A stretch of DNA of 64,000 nucleotides from Eledone cirrhosa. Taxonomy: Eukaryota. Positions 1 to 15,180 of this stretch are shown piece after piece. The translations under genes and the position numbers were made by a program. Below the pieces are notes generated by a model. It saw nothing but the letters and a program-made list of their open reading frames with translations. It ran no database searches and had not been told where the DNA came from. The stretch is taken from NCBI GenBank assembly GCA_964016885.1, contig OZ024743.1, positions 121,954,001 to 122,018,000 of the forward strand, read 5' to 3'. Each line of letters begins with the position of its first letter. The first letter of the stretch is position 1.

Positions 1-3000
1 TATTGCTCAACCCTCTCCCAGAAACAACCAGCATATCTCAATCCCTGTTCCTTCACACTTCTATTGCTCAACCCTCTCCCACAAACAACCAGCATATCTC
101 AATCACTGTTCCTTCACACTTCTATTGCTCAACCCTCTCCCACAAACAACCAGCATATCTCAATCACTGTTCCTTCACACTTCTATTGCTCAACCCTCTC
201 CCACAAACAACCAGCATATCTCAATCACTGTTCTTTCACACTTCTATTGCTCAACCCTCTCCCACAAACAACCAGCATATCTCAATCACTGTTCTTTCAC
301 ATTTCTATTGCTCAACCCTCTCCCACAAACAACCAGCATATCTCAATCACTGTTCCTCCACATTTCTATTGCTCAACCCTCTCCCACAAACAACCAGCAT
401 ATCTCAATCACTGTTCCTTCACACTTCTATTGCTCAACCCTCTCCCACAAACAACCAGCATATCTCAATCACTGTTCCTTCACACTTCTATTGCTCAACC
501 CTCTCCCACAAACAACCAGCATATCTCAATCACTGTTCCTCCACATTTCTATTGCTCAACCCTCTCCCACAAACAACCAGCATATCTCAATCACTGTTCC
601 TTCACACTTCTATTGCTCAACCCTCTCCCACAAACAACCAGCATATCTCAATCACTGTTCCTCCACATTTCTATTGCTCAACCCTCTCCCACAAACAACC
701 AGCATATCTCAATCACTGTTCCTTCACACTTCTATTGCTCAACCCTCTCCCACAAACAACCAGCATATCTCAATCACTGTTCCTTCACACTTCTATTGCT
801 CAACCCTCTCCCACAAACAACCAGCATATCTCAATCACTGTTCCTTCACACTTCTATTGCTCAACCCTCTCCCACAAACAACCAGCATATCTCAATCACT
901 GTTCCTCCACATTTCTATTGCTCAACCCTCTCCCACAAACAACCAGCATATCTCAATCACTGTTCCTTCACACTTCTATTGCTCAACCCTCTCCCACAAA
1001 CAACCAGCATATCTCAATCACTGTTCTTTCACACTTCTATTGCTCAACCCTCTCCCACAAACAACCAGCATATCTCAATCACTGTTCTTTCACACTTCTA
1101 TTGCTCAACCCTCTCCCACAAACAACCAGCATATCTCAATCACTGTTCCTCCACATTTCTATTGCTCAACCCTCTCCCACAAACAACCAGCATATCTCAA
1201 TCCCTGTTCCTTCACACTTCTATTGCTCAACCCTCTCCCACAAACAACCAGTATATCTCAATCACTGTTCCTTCACACTTCTATTGCTCAACCCTCTCCC
1301 ACAAACAACCAGCATATCTCAATCACTGTTCCTCCACATTTCTATTGCTCAACCCTCTCCCACAAACAACCAGCATATCTCAATCCCTGTTCCTTCACAC
1401 TTCTATTGCTCAACCCTCTCCCACAAACAACCAGTATATCTCAATCACTGTTCCTTCACACTTCTATTGCTCAACCCTCTCCCACAAACAACCAGCATAT
1501 CTCAATCACTGTTCCTTCACACTTCTATTGCTCAACCCTCTCCCACAAACAACCAGCATATCTCAATCACTGTTCCTTCACACTTCTATTCCTCAACCCT
1601 CTCCCTCAAACAACCGGTATATCTCAATCACTGTTCCTCCACATTTCTATTGCTCAACCCTCTCCCACAAACAACCAGCATATCTCAATCCCTGTTCCTT
1701 GACACTTCTATTGTTCAACCCTCTCCCACAAACAACCAGCATATCTCAATCACTGTTCCTTCACATTTCTATTGCTCAACCCTCATATCTCAATCACTGT
1801 TCCTTCACATTTCTATTGCTCAACCCTCTCCCACAAACAACCGGTATATCTCAATCACTGTTCCTTCACACTTCTATTGCTCAACCCTCTCCCACAAACA
1901 ACCAGCATATCTCAATCCCTGTTCCTTCACACTTCCATTGCTCAACCCTCTCCCACAAACAACCAGCATATCTCAATCACTGTTCCTTCACACTTCTATT
2001 GCTCAACCCTCTCCCACAAACAACCAGCATATCTCAATCACTGTTCCTTCACATTTCTATTGCTCAACCCTCATATCTCAATCACTGTTCCTTCACATTT
2101 CTATTGCTCAACCCTCTCCCACAAACAACCGGTATATCTCAATCACTGTTCCTTCACACTTCTATTGCTCAACCCTCTCCCACAAACAACCAGCATATCT
2201 CAATCCCTGTTCCTTCACACTTCCATTGCTCAACCCTCTCCCACAAACAACCAGCATATCTCAATAACTGTTCCTTCACACTTCTATTGCTCAACCCTCT
2301 CCCACAAACAACCAGCATATCTCAATCCCTGTTCCTTCACATTTCTATTGCTCAACCCTCTCCCACAAACAACCAGCATATCTCAATCCCTGTTACTCCA
2401 CACTTCTATTGCTCAACCCTCTCCCACAAACAACCAGCATATCTCAATCCCGGTTCCTTCACATTTCTATTGCTCAACCCTCTCCCACAAACAACCAGCA
2501 TATCTCAATCACTATTCCTCCACACTTCCATTGCTCAACCCTCTCCCACAAACAACCAGCATATCTCAATCAGTGTTCCTCCACACTTCCATTGCTCAAC
2601 CCTCTCCCACAAACAACCAGCATATCTCAATCACTGTTCCTCCACATTTCTATTGCTCAACCCTCTCCCACAAACAACCAGCATATCTCAATCACTGTTC
2701 CTTCACACTTCTATTGCTCAACCCTCTCCCACAAACAACCAGCATATCTCAATCACTGTTCCTCCACATTTCTATTGCTCAACCCTCTCCCACAAACAAC
2801 CAGCATATCTCAATCACTGTTCCTTCACACTTCTATTGCTCAACCCTCTCCCACAAACAACCAGCATATCTCAATCACTGTTCCTTCACATTTCTATTGC
2901 TCAACCCTCTCCCACAAACAACCAGCATATCTCAATCACTGTTCCTTCACACTTCTATTGCTCAACCCTCTCCCACAAACAACCAGCATATCTCAATCAC

Positions 3001-6000
3001 TGTTCCTTCACACTTCTATTGCTCAACCCTCTCCCACAAACAACCAGCATATCTCAATCCCTGTTCCTTCACACTTCTATTGCTCAACCCTCTCCCACAA
3101 ACAACCAGCATATCTCAATCACTGTTCCTTCACACTTCTATTGCTCAACCCTCTCCCACAAACAACCAGCATATCTCAATCACTGTTCCTTCACACTTCT
3201 ATTGCTCAACCCTCTCCCACAAACAACCAGCATATCTCAATCACTGTTCCTTCACACTTCTATTGCTCAACCCTCTCCCACAAACAACCAGCATATCTCA
3301 ATCACTGTTCCTCCACATTTCTATTGCTCAACCCTCTCCCACAAACAACCAGCATATCTCAATCACTGTTCCTTCACACTTCTATTGCTCAACCCTCTCC
3401 CACAAACAACCAGCATATCTCAATCACTGTTCCTCCACATTTCTATTGCTCAACCCTCTCCCACAAACAACCAGCATATCTCAATCACTGTTCCTTCACA
3501 CTTCTATTGCTCAACCCTCTCCCACAAACAACCAGCATATCTCAATCACTGTTCCTCCACATTTCTATTGCTCAACCCTCTCCCACAAACAACCAGCATA
3601 TCTCAATCACTGTTCCTTCACACTTTCATTGCTCAACCCTCTCCCACAAACAACCAGCATATCTCAATCACTGTTCCTTCACACTTCTATTGCTCAACCC
3701 TCTCCCACAAACAACCAGCATATCTCAATCACTGTTCCTCCACATTTCTATTGCTCAACCCTCTCCCACAAACAACCAGCATATCTCAATCCCTGTTCCT
3801 TGACACTTCTATTGTTCAACCCTCTCCCACAAACAACCAGCATATCTCAATCACTGTTCCTTCACATTTCTATTGCTCAACCCTCATATCTCAATCACTG
3901 TTCCTTCACATTTCTATTGCTCAACCCTCTCCCACAAACAACCGGTATATCTCAATCACTGTTCCTTCACACTTCTATTGCTCAACCCTCTCCCACAAAC
4001 AACCAGCATATCTCAATCCCTGTTCCTTCACACTTCCATTGCTCAACCCTCTCCCACAAACAACCAGCATATCTCAATCACTGTTCCTTCACACTTCTAT
4101 TGCTCAACCCTCTCCCACAAACAACCAGCATATCTCAATCACTGTTCCTTCACATTTCTATTGCTCAACCCTCATATCTCAATCACTGTTCCTTCACATT
4201 TCTATTGCTCAACCCTCTCCCACAAACAACCGGTATATCTCAATCACTGTTCCTTCACACTTCTATTGCTCAACCCTCTCCCACAAACAACCAGCATATC
4301 TCAATCCCTGTTCCTTCACACTTCCATTGCTCAACCCTCTCCCACAAACAACCAGCATATCTCAATAACTGTTCCTTCACACTTCTATTGCTCAACCCTC
4401 TCCCACAAACAACCAGCATATCTCAATCCCTGTTCCTTCACATTTCTATTGCTCAACCCTCTCCCACAAACAACCAGCATATCTCAATCCCTGTTACTCC
4501 ACACTTCTATTGCTCAACCCTCTCCCACAAACAACCAGCATATCTCAATCCCGGTTCCTTCACATTTCTATTGCTCAACCCTCTCCCACAAACAACCAGC
4601 ATATCTCAATCACTATTCCTCCACACTTCCATTGCTCAACCCTCTCCCACAAACAACCAGCATATCTCAATCAGTGTTCCTCCACACTTCCATTGCTCAA
4701 CCCTCTCCCACAAACAACCAGCATATCTCAATCACTGTTCCTCCACATTTCTATTGCTCAACCCTCTCCCACAAACAACCAGCATATCTCAATCACTGTT
4801 CCTTCACACTTCTATTGCTCAACCCTCTCCCACAAACAACCAGCATATCTCAATCACTGTTCCTCCACATTTCTATTGCTCAACCCTCTCCCACAAACAA
4901 CCAGCATATCTCAATCACTGTTCCTTCACACTTCTATTGCTCAACCCTCTCCCACAAACAACCAGCATATCTCAATCACTGTTCCTTCACATTTCTATTG
5001 CTCAACCCTCTCCCACAAACAACCAGCATATCTCAATCACTGTTCCTTCACACTTCTATTGCTCAACCCTCTCCCACAAACAACCAGCATATCTCAATCA
5101 CTGTTCCTTCACACTTCTATTGCTCAACCCTCTCCCACAAACAACCAGCATATCTCAATCCCTGTTCCTTCACACTTCTATTGCTCAACCCTCTCCCACA
5201 AACAACCAGCATATCTCAATCACTGTTCCTTCACACTTCTATTGCTCAACCCTCTCCCACAAACAACCAGCATATCTCAATCACTGTTCCTTCACACTTC
5301 TATTGCTCAACCCTCTCCCACAAACAACCAGCATATCTCAATCACTGTTCCTTCACACTTCTATTGCTCAACCCTCTCCCACAAACAACCAGCATATCTC
5401 AATCACTGTTCCTCCACATTTCTATTGCTCAACCCTCTCCCACAAACAACCAGCATATCTCAATCACTGTTCCTTCACACTTCTATTGCTCAACCCTCTC
5501 CCACAAACAACCAGCATATCTCAATCACTGTTCCTCCACATTTCTATTGCTCAACCCTCTCCCACAAACAACCAGCATATCTCAATCACTGTTCCTTCAC
5601 ACTTCTATTGCTCAACCCTCTCCCACAAACAACCAGCATATCTCAATCACTGTTCCTCCACATTTCTATTGCTCAACCCTCTCCCACAAACAACCAGCAT
5701 ATCTCAATCACTGTTCCTTCACACTTTCATTGCTCAACCCTCTCCCACAAACAACCAGCATATCTCAATCACTGTTCCTTCACACTTCTATTGCTCAACC
5801 CTCTCCCACAAACAACCAGCATATCTCAATCACTGTTCCTCCACATTTCTATTGCTCAACCCTCTCCCACAAACAACCAGCATATCTCAATCACTGTTCC
5901 TTCACACTTCTATTCCTCAACCCTCTCCCTCAAACAACCGGTATATCTCAATCACTGTTCCTCCACATTTCTATTGCTCAACCCTCTCCCACAAACAACC

Positions 6001-9000
6001 AGCATATCTCAATCCCTGTTCCTTCACACTTCTATTGTTCAACCCTCTCCCACAAACAACCAGCATATCTCAATCACTGTTCCTTCACATTTCTATTGCT
6101 CAACCCTCATATCTCAATCACTGTTCCTTCACATTTCTATTGCTCAACCCTCTCCCACAAACAACCGGTATATCTCAATCACTGTTCCTTCACACTTCTA
6201 TTGCTCAACCCTCTCCCACAAACAACCAGCATATCTCAATCCCTGTTCCTTCACACTTCCATTGCTCAACCCTCTCCCACAAACAACCAGCATATCTCAA
6301 TAACTGTTCCTTCACACTTCTATTGCTCAACCCTCTCCCACAAACAACCAGCATATCTCAATCACTGTTCCTTCACATTTCTATTGCTCAACCCTCATAT
6401 CTCAATCACTGTTCCTTCACATTTCTATTGCTCAACCCTCTCCCACAAACAACCGGTATATCTCAATCACTGTTCCTTCACACTTCTATTGCTCAACCCT
6501 CTCCCACAAACAACCAGCATATCTCAATCCCTGTTCCTTCACACTTCCATTGCTCAACCCTCTCCCACAAACAACCAGCATATCTCAATCACTGTTCCTT
6601 CACACTTCTATTGCTCAACCCTCTCCCACAAACAACCAGCATATCTCAATCCCTGTTCCTTCACATTTCTATTGCTCAACCCTCTCCCACAAACAACCAG
6701 CATATCTCAATCCCTGTTACTCCACACTTCTATTGCTCAACCCTCTCCCACAAACAACCAGCATATCTCAATCCCAGTTCCTTCACATTTCTATTGCTCA
6801 ACCCTCTCCCACAAACAACCAGCATATCTCAATCACTGTTCCTCCACACTTCCATTGCTCAACCCTCTCCCACAAACAACCAGCATATCTCAATCACTGT
6901 TCCTCCACACTTCCATTGCTCAACCCTCTCCCACAAACAACCAGCATATCTCAATCACTGTTCCTCCACACTTCCATTGCTCAACCCTCTCCCACAAACA
7001 ACCAGCATATCTCAATCACTGTTCCTCCACACTTTTATTGCTCAACCCTCTCCCACAAACAACCAGCATATCTCAATCACTGTTCCTCCACATTTCTATT
7101 GCTCAACCCTCTCCCACAAACAACCAGCATATCTCAATCACTGTTCCTTCACACTTCTATTGCTCAACCCTCTCCCACAAACAACCAGCATATCTCAATC
7201 ACTGTTCCTTCACATTTCTATTGCTCAACCCTCTCCCACAAACAACCAGCATATCTCAATCACTGTTCCTTCACACTTCTATTGCTCAACCCTCTCCCAC
7301 AAACAACCAGCATATCTCAATCACTGTTCCTTCACACTTCTATTGCTCAACCCTCTCCCACAAACAACCAGCATATCTCAATCACTGTTCCTTCACACTT
7401 CTATTGCTCAACCCTCTCCCACAAACAACCAGCATATCTCAATCCCTGTTCCTTCACACTTCTATTGCTCAACCCTCTCCCACAAACAACCAGCATATCT
7501 CAATCACTGTTCCTTCACACTTCTATTGCTCAACCCTCTCCCACAAACAACCAGCATATCTCAATCACTGTTCCTTCACACTTCTATTGCTCAACCCTCT
7601 CCCACAAACAACCAGCATATCTCAATCCCTGTTCCTTCACACTTCCATTGTTCAACCCTCTCCCACAAACAACCAGCATATCTCAATCACTGTTCCTTCA
7701 CACTTCTATTGCTCAACCCTCTCCCACAAATAACCAGCATATCTCAATCACTGTTCCTTCACACTTCCATTGTTCAACTCTCTCCCACAAACAACCAGCA
7801 TATCTCAATCACTGTTCCTTCACACTTCTATTGCTCAACCCTCTCCCACAAACAACCAGCATATCTCAATCTCTGTTCCTCCACACTTCTATTCCTCAAC
7901 CCTCTCCCACAAACAACCAGCATATCTCAATCCCTATTCCTTCACATTTCTATTGCTCAACCCTCTCCCACAAACAACCAGCATATCTCAATCCGTGTTC
8001 CTCCGCATTTCTATTGCTCAACCCTCTCCCACAAACAACCAGCATATCTCAATCCACATTTCTATTGCTCAACCCTCTCCCACAAACAACCAGCATATCT
8101 CAATCCCTGTTCCTTCACACTTCTATTGCTCAACCCTCTCCCACAAACAACCAGCATATCTCAATCCCTGTTCCTTCACACTTCTATTGCTCAACCCTCT
8201 CCCACAAACAACCAGCATATCTCAATCCCTGTTCCTCCACACTTCTATTGCTCAACCCTCTCCCACAAACAACCAGCATATCTCAATCCCTATTCCTTCA
8301 CACTTCTATTGCTCAACCCTCTCCCACCAACAACCAGCATATGTCAATCCCTGTTCCTTCATACTTCTATTGCTCAACCCTCTCCCACAAACAACCAGCA
8401 TATCTCAATCCCTGTTCCTTCACATTTCTATTGCTCAACCCTCTCCCACCAACAACCAGCATATGTCAATCCCTGTTCCTTCATACTTCTATTGCTCAAC
8501 CCTCTCCCACAAACAACCAGCATATCTCAATCTCTGTTACTTCACATTTCTATTGCTCAACCCTCTCCCACAAACAACCAGCATATCTCAATCCCTGTTC
8601 CTTCACATTTCTATTGCTCAACCCTCTCCCACAAACAACCGGTATATCTCAATCACTGTTCCTTCACACTTCTATTGCTCAACCCTCTCCCACAAACAAC
8701 CAGCATATCTCAATCCCTGTTCCTTCACACTTCCATTGCTCAACCCTCTCCCACAAACAACCAGCATATCTCAATAACTGTTCCTTCACACTTCTATTGC
8801 TCAACCCTCTCCCACAAACAACCAGCATATCTCAATCCCTGTTCCTTCACATTTCTATTGCTCAACCCTCTCCCACAAACAACCAGCATATCTCAATCCC
8901 TGTTACTCCACACTTCTATTGCTCAACCCTCTCCCACAAACAACCAGCATATCTCAATCCCGGTTCCTTCACATTTCTATTGCTCAACCCTCTCCCACAA

Positions 9001-12000
9001 ACAACCAGCATATCTCAATCACTATTCCTCCACACTTCCATTGCTCAACCCTCTCCCACAAACAACCAGCATATCTCAATCAGTGTTCCTCCACACTTCC
9101 ATTGCTCAACCCTCTCCCACAAACAACCAGCATATCTCAATCACTGTTCCTCCACATTTCTATTGCTCAACCCTCTCCCACAAACAACCAGCATATCTCA
9201 ATCACTGTTCCTTCACACTTCTATTGCTCAACCCTCTCCCACAAACAACCAGCATATCTCAATCACTGTTCCTCCACATTTCTATTGCTCAACCCTCTCC
9301 CACAAACAACCAGCATATCTCAATCACTGTTCCTTCACACTTCTATTGCTCAACCCTCTCCCACAAACAACCAGCATATCTCAATCACTGTTCCTTCACA
9401 TTTCTATTGCTCAACCCTCTCCCACAAACAACCAGCATATCTCAATCACTGTTCCTTCACACTTCTATTGCTCAACCCTCTCCCACAAACAACCAGCATA
9501 TCTCAATCACTGTTCCTTCACACTTCTATTGCTCAACCCTCTCCCACAAACAACCAGCATATCTCAATCCCTGTTCCTTCACACTTCTATTGCTCAACCC
9601 TCTCCCACAAACAACCAGCATATCTCAATCACTGTTCCTTCACACTTCTATTGCTCAACCCTCTCCCACAAACAACCAGCATATCTCAATCACTGTTCCT
9701 TCACACTTCTATTGCTCAACCCTCTCCCACAAACAACCAGCATATCTCAATCACTGTTCCTTCACACTTCTATTGCTCAACCCTCTCCCACAAACAACCA
9801 GCATATCTCAATCACTGTTCCTCCACATTTCTATTGCTCAACCCTCTCCCACAAACAACCAGCATATCTCAATCACTGTTCCTTCACACTTCTATTGCTC
9901 AACCCTCTCCCACAAACAACCAGCATATCTCAATCACTGTTCCTCCACATTTCTATTGCTCAACCCTCTCCCACAAACAACCAGCATATCTCAATCACTG
10001 TTCCTTCACACTTCTATTGCTCAACCCTCTCCCACAAACAACCAGCATATCTCAATCACTGTTCCTCCACATTTCTATTGCTCAACCCTCTCCCACAAAC
10101 AACCAGCATATCTCAATCACTGTTCCTTCACACTTTCATTGCTCAACCCTCTCCCACAAACAACCAGCATATCTCAATCACTGTTCCTTCACACTTCTAT
10201 TGCTCAACCCTCTCCCACAAACAACCAGCATATCTCAATCACTGTTCCTCCACATTTCTATTGCTCAACCCTCTCCCACAAACAACCAGCATATCTCAAT
10301 CACTGTTCCTTCACACTTCTATTCCTCAACCCTCTCCCTCAAACAACCGGTATATCTCAATCACTGTTCCTCCACATTTCTATTGCTCAACCCTCTCCCA
10401 CAAACAACCAGCATATCTCAATCCCTGTTCCTTCACACTTCTATTGTTCAACCCTCTCCCACAAACAACCAGCATATCTCAATCACTGTTCCTTCACATT
10501 TCTATTGCTCAACCCTCATATCTCAATCACTGTTCCTTCACATTTCTATTGCTCAACCCTCTCCCACAAACAACCGGTATATCTCAATCACTGTTCCTTC
10601 ACACTTCTATTGCTCAACCCTCTCCCACAAACAACCAGCATATCTCAATCCCTGTTCCTTCACACTTCCATTGCTCAACCCTCTCCCACAAACAACCAGC
10701 ATATCTCAATAACTGTTCCTTCACACTTCTATTGCTCAACCCTCTCCCACAAACAACCAGCATATCTCAATCACTGTTCCTTCACATTTCTATTGCTCAA
10801 CCCTCATATCTCAATCACTGTTCCTTCACATTTCTATTGCTCAACCCTCTCCCACAAACAACCGGTATATCTCAATCACTGTTCCTTCACACTTCTATTG
10901 CTCAACCCTCTCCCACAAACAACCAGCATATCTCAATCCCTGTTCCTTCACACTTCCATTGCTCAACCCTCTCCCACAAACAACCAGCATATCTCAATCA
11001 CTGTTCCTTCACACTTCTATTGCTCAACCCTCTCCCACAAACAACCAGCATATCTCAATCCCTGTTCCTTCACATTTCTATTGCTCAACCCTCTCCCACA
11101 AACAACCAGCATATCTCAATCCCTGTTACTCCACACTTCTATTGCTCAACCCTCTCCCACAAACAACCAGCATATCTCAATCCCAGTTCCTTCACATTTC
11201 TATTGCTCAACCCTCTCCCACAAACAACCAGCATATCTCAATCACTGTTCCTCCACACTTCCATTGCTCAACCCTCTCCCACAAACAACCAGCATATCTC
11301 AATCACTGTTCCTCCACACTTCCATTGCTCAACCCTCTCCCACAAACAACCAGCATATCTCAATCACTGTTCCTCCACACTTCCATTGCTCAACCCTCTC
11401 CCACAAACAACCAGCATATCTCAATCACTGTTCCTCCACACTTTTATTGCTCAACCCTCTCCCACAAACAACCAGCATATCTCAATCACTGTTCCTCCAC
11501 ATTTCTATTGCTCAACCCTCTCCCACAAACAACCAGCATATCTCAATCACTGTTCCTTCACACTTCTATTGCTCAACCCTCTCCCACAAACAACCAGCAT
11601 ATCTCAATCACTGTTCCTTCACATTTCTATTGCTCAACCCTCTCCCACAAACAACCAGCATATCTCAATCACTGTTCCTTCACACTTCTATTGCTCAACC
11701 CTCTCCCACAAACAACCAGCATATCTCAATCACTGTTCCTTCACACTTCTATTGCTCAACCCTCTCCCACAAACAACCAGCATATCTCAATCACTGTTCC
11801 TTCACACTTCTATTGCTCAACCCTCTCCCACAAACAACCAGCATATCTCAATCCCTGTTCCTTCACACTTCTATTGCTCAACCCTCTCCCACAAACAACC
11901 AGCATATCTCAATCACTGTTCCTTCACACTTCTATTGCTCAACCCTCTCCCACAAACAACCAGCATATCTCAATCACTGTTCCTTCACACTTCTATTGCT

Positions 12001-13080
12001 CAACCCTCTCCCACAAACAACCAGCATATCTCAATCCCTGTTCCTTCACACTTCCATTGTTCAACCCTCTCCCACAAACAACCAGCATATCTCAATCACT
12101 GTTCCTTCACACTTCTATTGCTCAACCCTCTCCCACAAATAACCAGCATATCTCAATCACTGTTCCTTCACACTTCCATTGTTCAACTCTCTCCCACAAA
12201 CAACCAGCATATCTCAATCACTGTTCCTTCACACTTCTATTGCTCAACCCTCTCCCACAAACAACCAGCATATCTCAATCTCTGTTCCTCCACACTTCTA
12301 TTCCTCAACCCTCTCCCACAAACAACCAGCATATCTCAATCCCTATTCCTTCACATTTCTATTGCTCAACCCTCTCCCACAAACAACCAGCATATCTCAA
12401 TCCGTGTTCCTCCGCATTTCTATTGCTCAACCCTCTCCCACAAACAACCAGCATATCTCAATCCACATTTCTATTGCTCAACCCTCTCCCACAAACAACC
12501 AGCATATCTCAATCCCTGTTCCTTCACACTTCTATTGCTCAACCCTCTCCCACAAACAACCAGCATATCTCAATCCCTGTTCCTTCACACTTCTATTGCT
12601 CAACCCTCTCCCACAAACAACCAGCATATCTCAATCCCTGTTCCTCCACACTTCTATTGCTCAACCCTCTCCCACAAACAACCAGCATATCTCAATCCCT
12701 ATTCCTTCACACTTCTATTGCTCAACCCTCTCCCACCAACAACCAGCATATGTCAATCCCTGTTCCTTCATACTTCTATTGCTCAACCCTCTCCCACAAA
12801 CAACCAGCATATCTCAATCCCTGTTCCTTCACATTTCTATTGCTCAACCCTCTCCCACCAACAACCAGCATATGTCAATCCCTGTTCCTTCATACTTCTA
12901 TTGCTCAACCCTCTCCCACAAACAACCAGCATATCTCAATCTCTGTTACTTCACATTTCTATTGCTCAACCCTCTCCCACAAACAACCAGCATATCTCAA
13001 TCCCTGTTCCTTCACATTTCTATTGCTCAACCCTCTCCCACAAACAACCAGCATATCTCAATCCCTGTTCCTCCACACTT
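1..13080. repeat. 61-bp tandem satellite array (~215 units, continues beyond left edge)
   Basis: Unit tattgctcaaccctctcccacaaacaaccagcatatctcaatcactgttccttcacacttc repeats head-to-tail with point variants, 44-bp (17-nt deletion) and 51-bp (10-nt deletion) variant units; ends abruptly at ~13080. Confidence 0.99.
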
Positions 13081-13133
13081 CACACTCATATTCATACTCA
13101 TTTTTACTTACTATTTCCTTTAAAATTACATGT

Positions 13134-13208
<75 letters not shown>

Positions 13209-13251
13209 CACACACACACCACACACACATACACACACACACCACACACAC
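13134..13251. repeat. (CA)n microsatellite
   Basis: Directly visible CA run next to the satellite end. Confidence 0.95.
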
Positions 13252-13352
13252 AGACTGGCAATTTAGCTTTGAAAGAATTAAGATGACTCAGAGTGGAGAG
13301 GTGTATTTTGCCATGCAGGAGTAAAGCAGCATCTCTAGAATTAATTGGCACC

Positions 13353-13545
13353 ATAATAATTGTTTCTATTTTTGACACAAGGCCAGCAATTTCCTCAGTG
13401 AATTACTGGTACTTTATTTTATTGGCCTCGTAAGGATGAGAGGTAAAGACAACCTCTGTGGGATTTGAACTCAGAACGTAAAAGGCCGTAACTCTATGCC
13501 ATAAAGCATGTTGTCCGACGCTCTACCGATACTGCCAATCCACTG
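13353..13545 (-). mobile_element. SINE family B copy (tRNA-like head, (ATT)n tail)
   Basis: Reverse complement matches the family consensus ttggcagtatcggtagagcgtcggac...ctgagttcaaatcc...tttcatccttacg...gataaaataaagtaccag...tgctggccttgtg seen about 14 times in the window. Confidence 0.8.
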
Positions 13546-14318
13546 TCTTTGGACCCATAATAATATGTACCCAGTAAACTCTTTAAAGTGGTTGGCAATT
13601 AAATCAAAATAACATACAGTAAAAAGGGCTCTCCAGTTGTGCCAAGGACATGGCAATGTCTCTAGTACTGGTGCAATGATAAAATGCACCTTGTACACTC
13701 TGTTAAATGGTTGGTATTAGGAAACAGAAAGAGCCCATGCCAAAAATTAGAGTGTTCAAGTGTGATATGGTCCTCTGACTTGTCTAAGAGGGTACTAACT
13801 CTGAATAAGGACTGACTTTCATTGTAACCCAACCCCCAGCATGGAAAGTGGACATAAAATGATGTGTGTGTGCGTGTGTGTGCCCATGAGAATACACACA
13901 CACACACCACTACTCACTCTCCTCTATTTTTCTATTTCTTCTTTAATTTCTGATTCTATTTTCTGATTCTATTTCCGAAACGTTAAGACTCTTTTCCTAC
14001 TATATAAGCATAAAACTAATATATTTCTTTTGTATTGTGTCGTTTGCTTTGTTATTTCTGTTTGCCTTTTGCATATATATATATATGAACAATTTCTTGT
14101 CTTTTTTTATAAATATATACATTGGTGTATATATGGGTGTATGTCAGTGTAACTCTTTGTGCAATGAGGTCTCTACGTGTGTGTGTGTGAGTACGTGTAT
14201 ATTCCTATGTATGTGCATTTAACTATATGGATTAGTGTTTGTATTCATGAATAACCCTGTAAACATGAGAGTATGCAAATGTGTATGAATGTGAACGTGT
14301 GTGTATGCAATTGTATAT

Positions 14319-14665
14319 GGAGGCACATGGCTTAGTTGTTAGAGCATTGGCCTTGCAATCGAAAGGTTGTGAGTTCAATTCTCAGATTTGGTGATGTGTT
14401 GTTTCCTTGAGCAAGACACTTTATTTCACATTGCTCCAGTTTACTCAGCTGTAGAAATGAGATGATAGGGACTGGGGTCCATATCATTCCACTGCAAAGT
14501 GGTCGTGGAGGTGCCATGCCAAAAAAGCACCCAGCACTCTCTGTAAATGAGGTTGGTGTTAGGAAGGGCATCCAGCTGTAGAAATCAAGCCAGAATCAGT
14601 TCCTGTCCCACCCTTGCAAGCAGGGAAAAGCAGACGTAAAATGAAATGATGATGAATGAAATGAT
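14319..14665 (+). mobile_element. SINE family A: tRNA head + CORE-like domain + RTE-derived tail
   Basis: ggaggcacatggcttagt(t/g)gttagagc (box A) ... gtgagttcaattctc (box B), then ccttgagcaagacacttt...ccagtttactcagctgtagaaatgag (CORE-like), ending cacccttgcaagcagggaaaagcagacgtaaaatga(tga)n. Four near-identical copies in the window. Confidence 0.9.
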
Positions 14666-14829
14666 ATGCATGCTCACATGCACACAGATGCATGCACATG
14701 CATATATGGATGTGTGTGTATGCGTGGGTATGTGCACCAAACTATGTATGTGTCTGTGTGCACATGCACATATATACATGTCATTGCTATTGTTATTGTG
14801 GTTGTTTTATACATAAGTTTTCATAAATA

Positions 14830-15180
14830 AAGGTTAACTTTGTCTTTCATCCTTACGGGGTCGATAAAATAAAGTACCAGTAATGCACTGGGGAGGTTGC
14901 TGGTCTTGTGCCAAAAGTAGAAACAATTATTACTATTATTACACTCAGAACAAACAAATTCATTCATCAACTTATTCATTTATTTATTTACCTGGTAGCC
15001 ACTATCCCCCTATTGTAATTGTGACTGTCTCTGATATATATATATAATTACTTCAAATCCCGCCGAGGTTAACTTTGCCTTTCATCCTTACGGGGTCGAT
15101 AAAATAAAGTACCAGTAATGTACTGGGTAATTGCTGGCCTTGTGCCAAAAGTAGAAACAATTAGTATTATTATCTTTATT
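14830..15180 (+). mobile_element. Two 5'-truncated SINE family B copies in a local tandem duplication
   Basis: aggttaactttg(t/c)ctttcatccttacggggtcgataaaataaagtaccagtaatg at ~14831 and ~15066, each followed by similar flank (aaattcattcatcaac). Confidence 0.8.

Noticed and set aside
1-13080. CRISPR-like array
   Set aside because: No unique spacers, no cas genes, eukaryotic context.
3-13286. Very long ORFs up to 3456 aa
   Set aside because: They come from a stop-free 61-bp satellite; all frames give the same repeat and unit deletions ignore frame.
14319-14390. tRNA-Cys gene
   Set aside because: SINE head; the acceptor stem is not formed and it continues into the SINE body in all copies.
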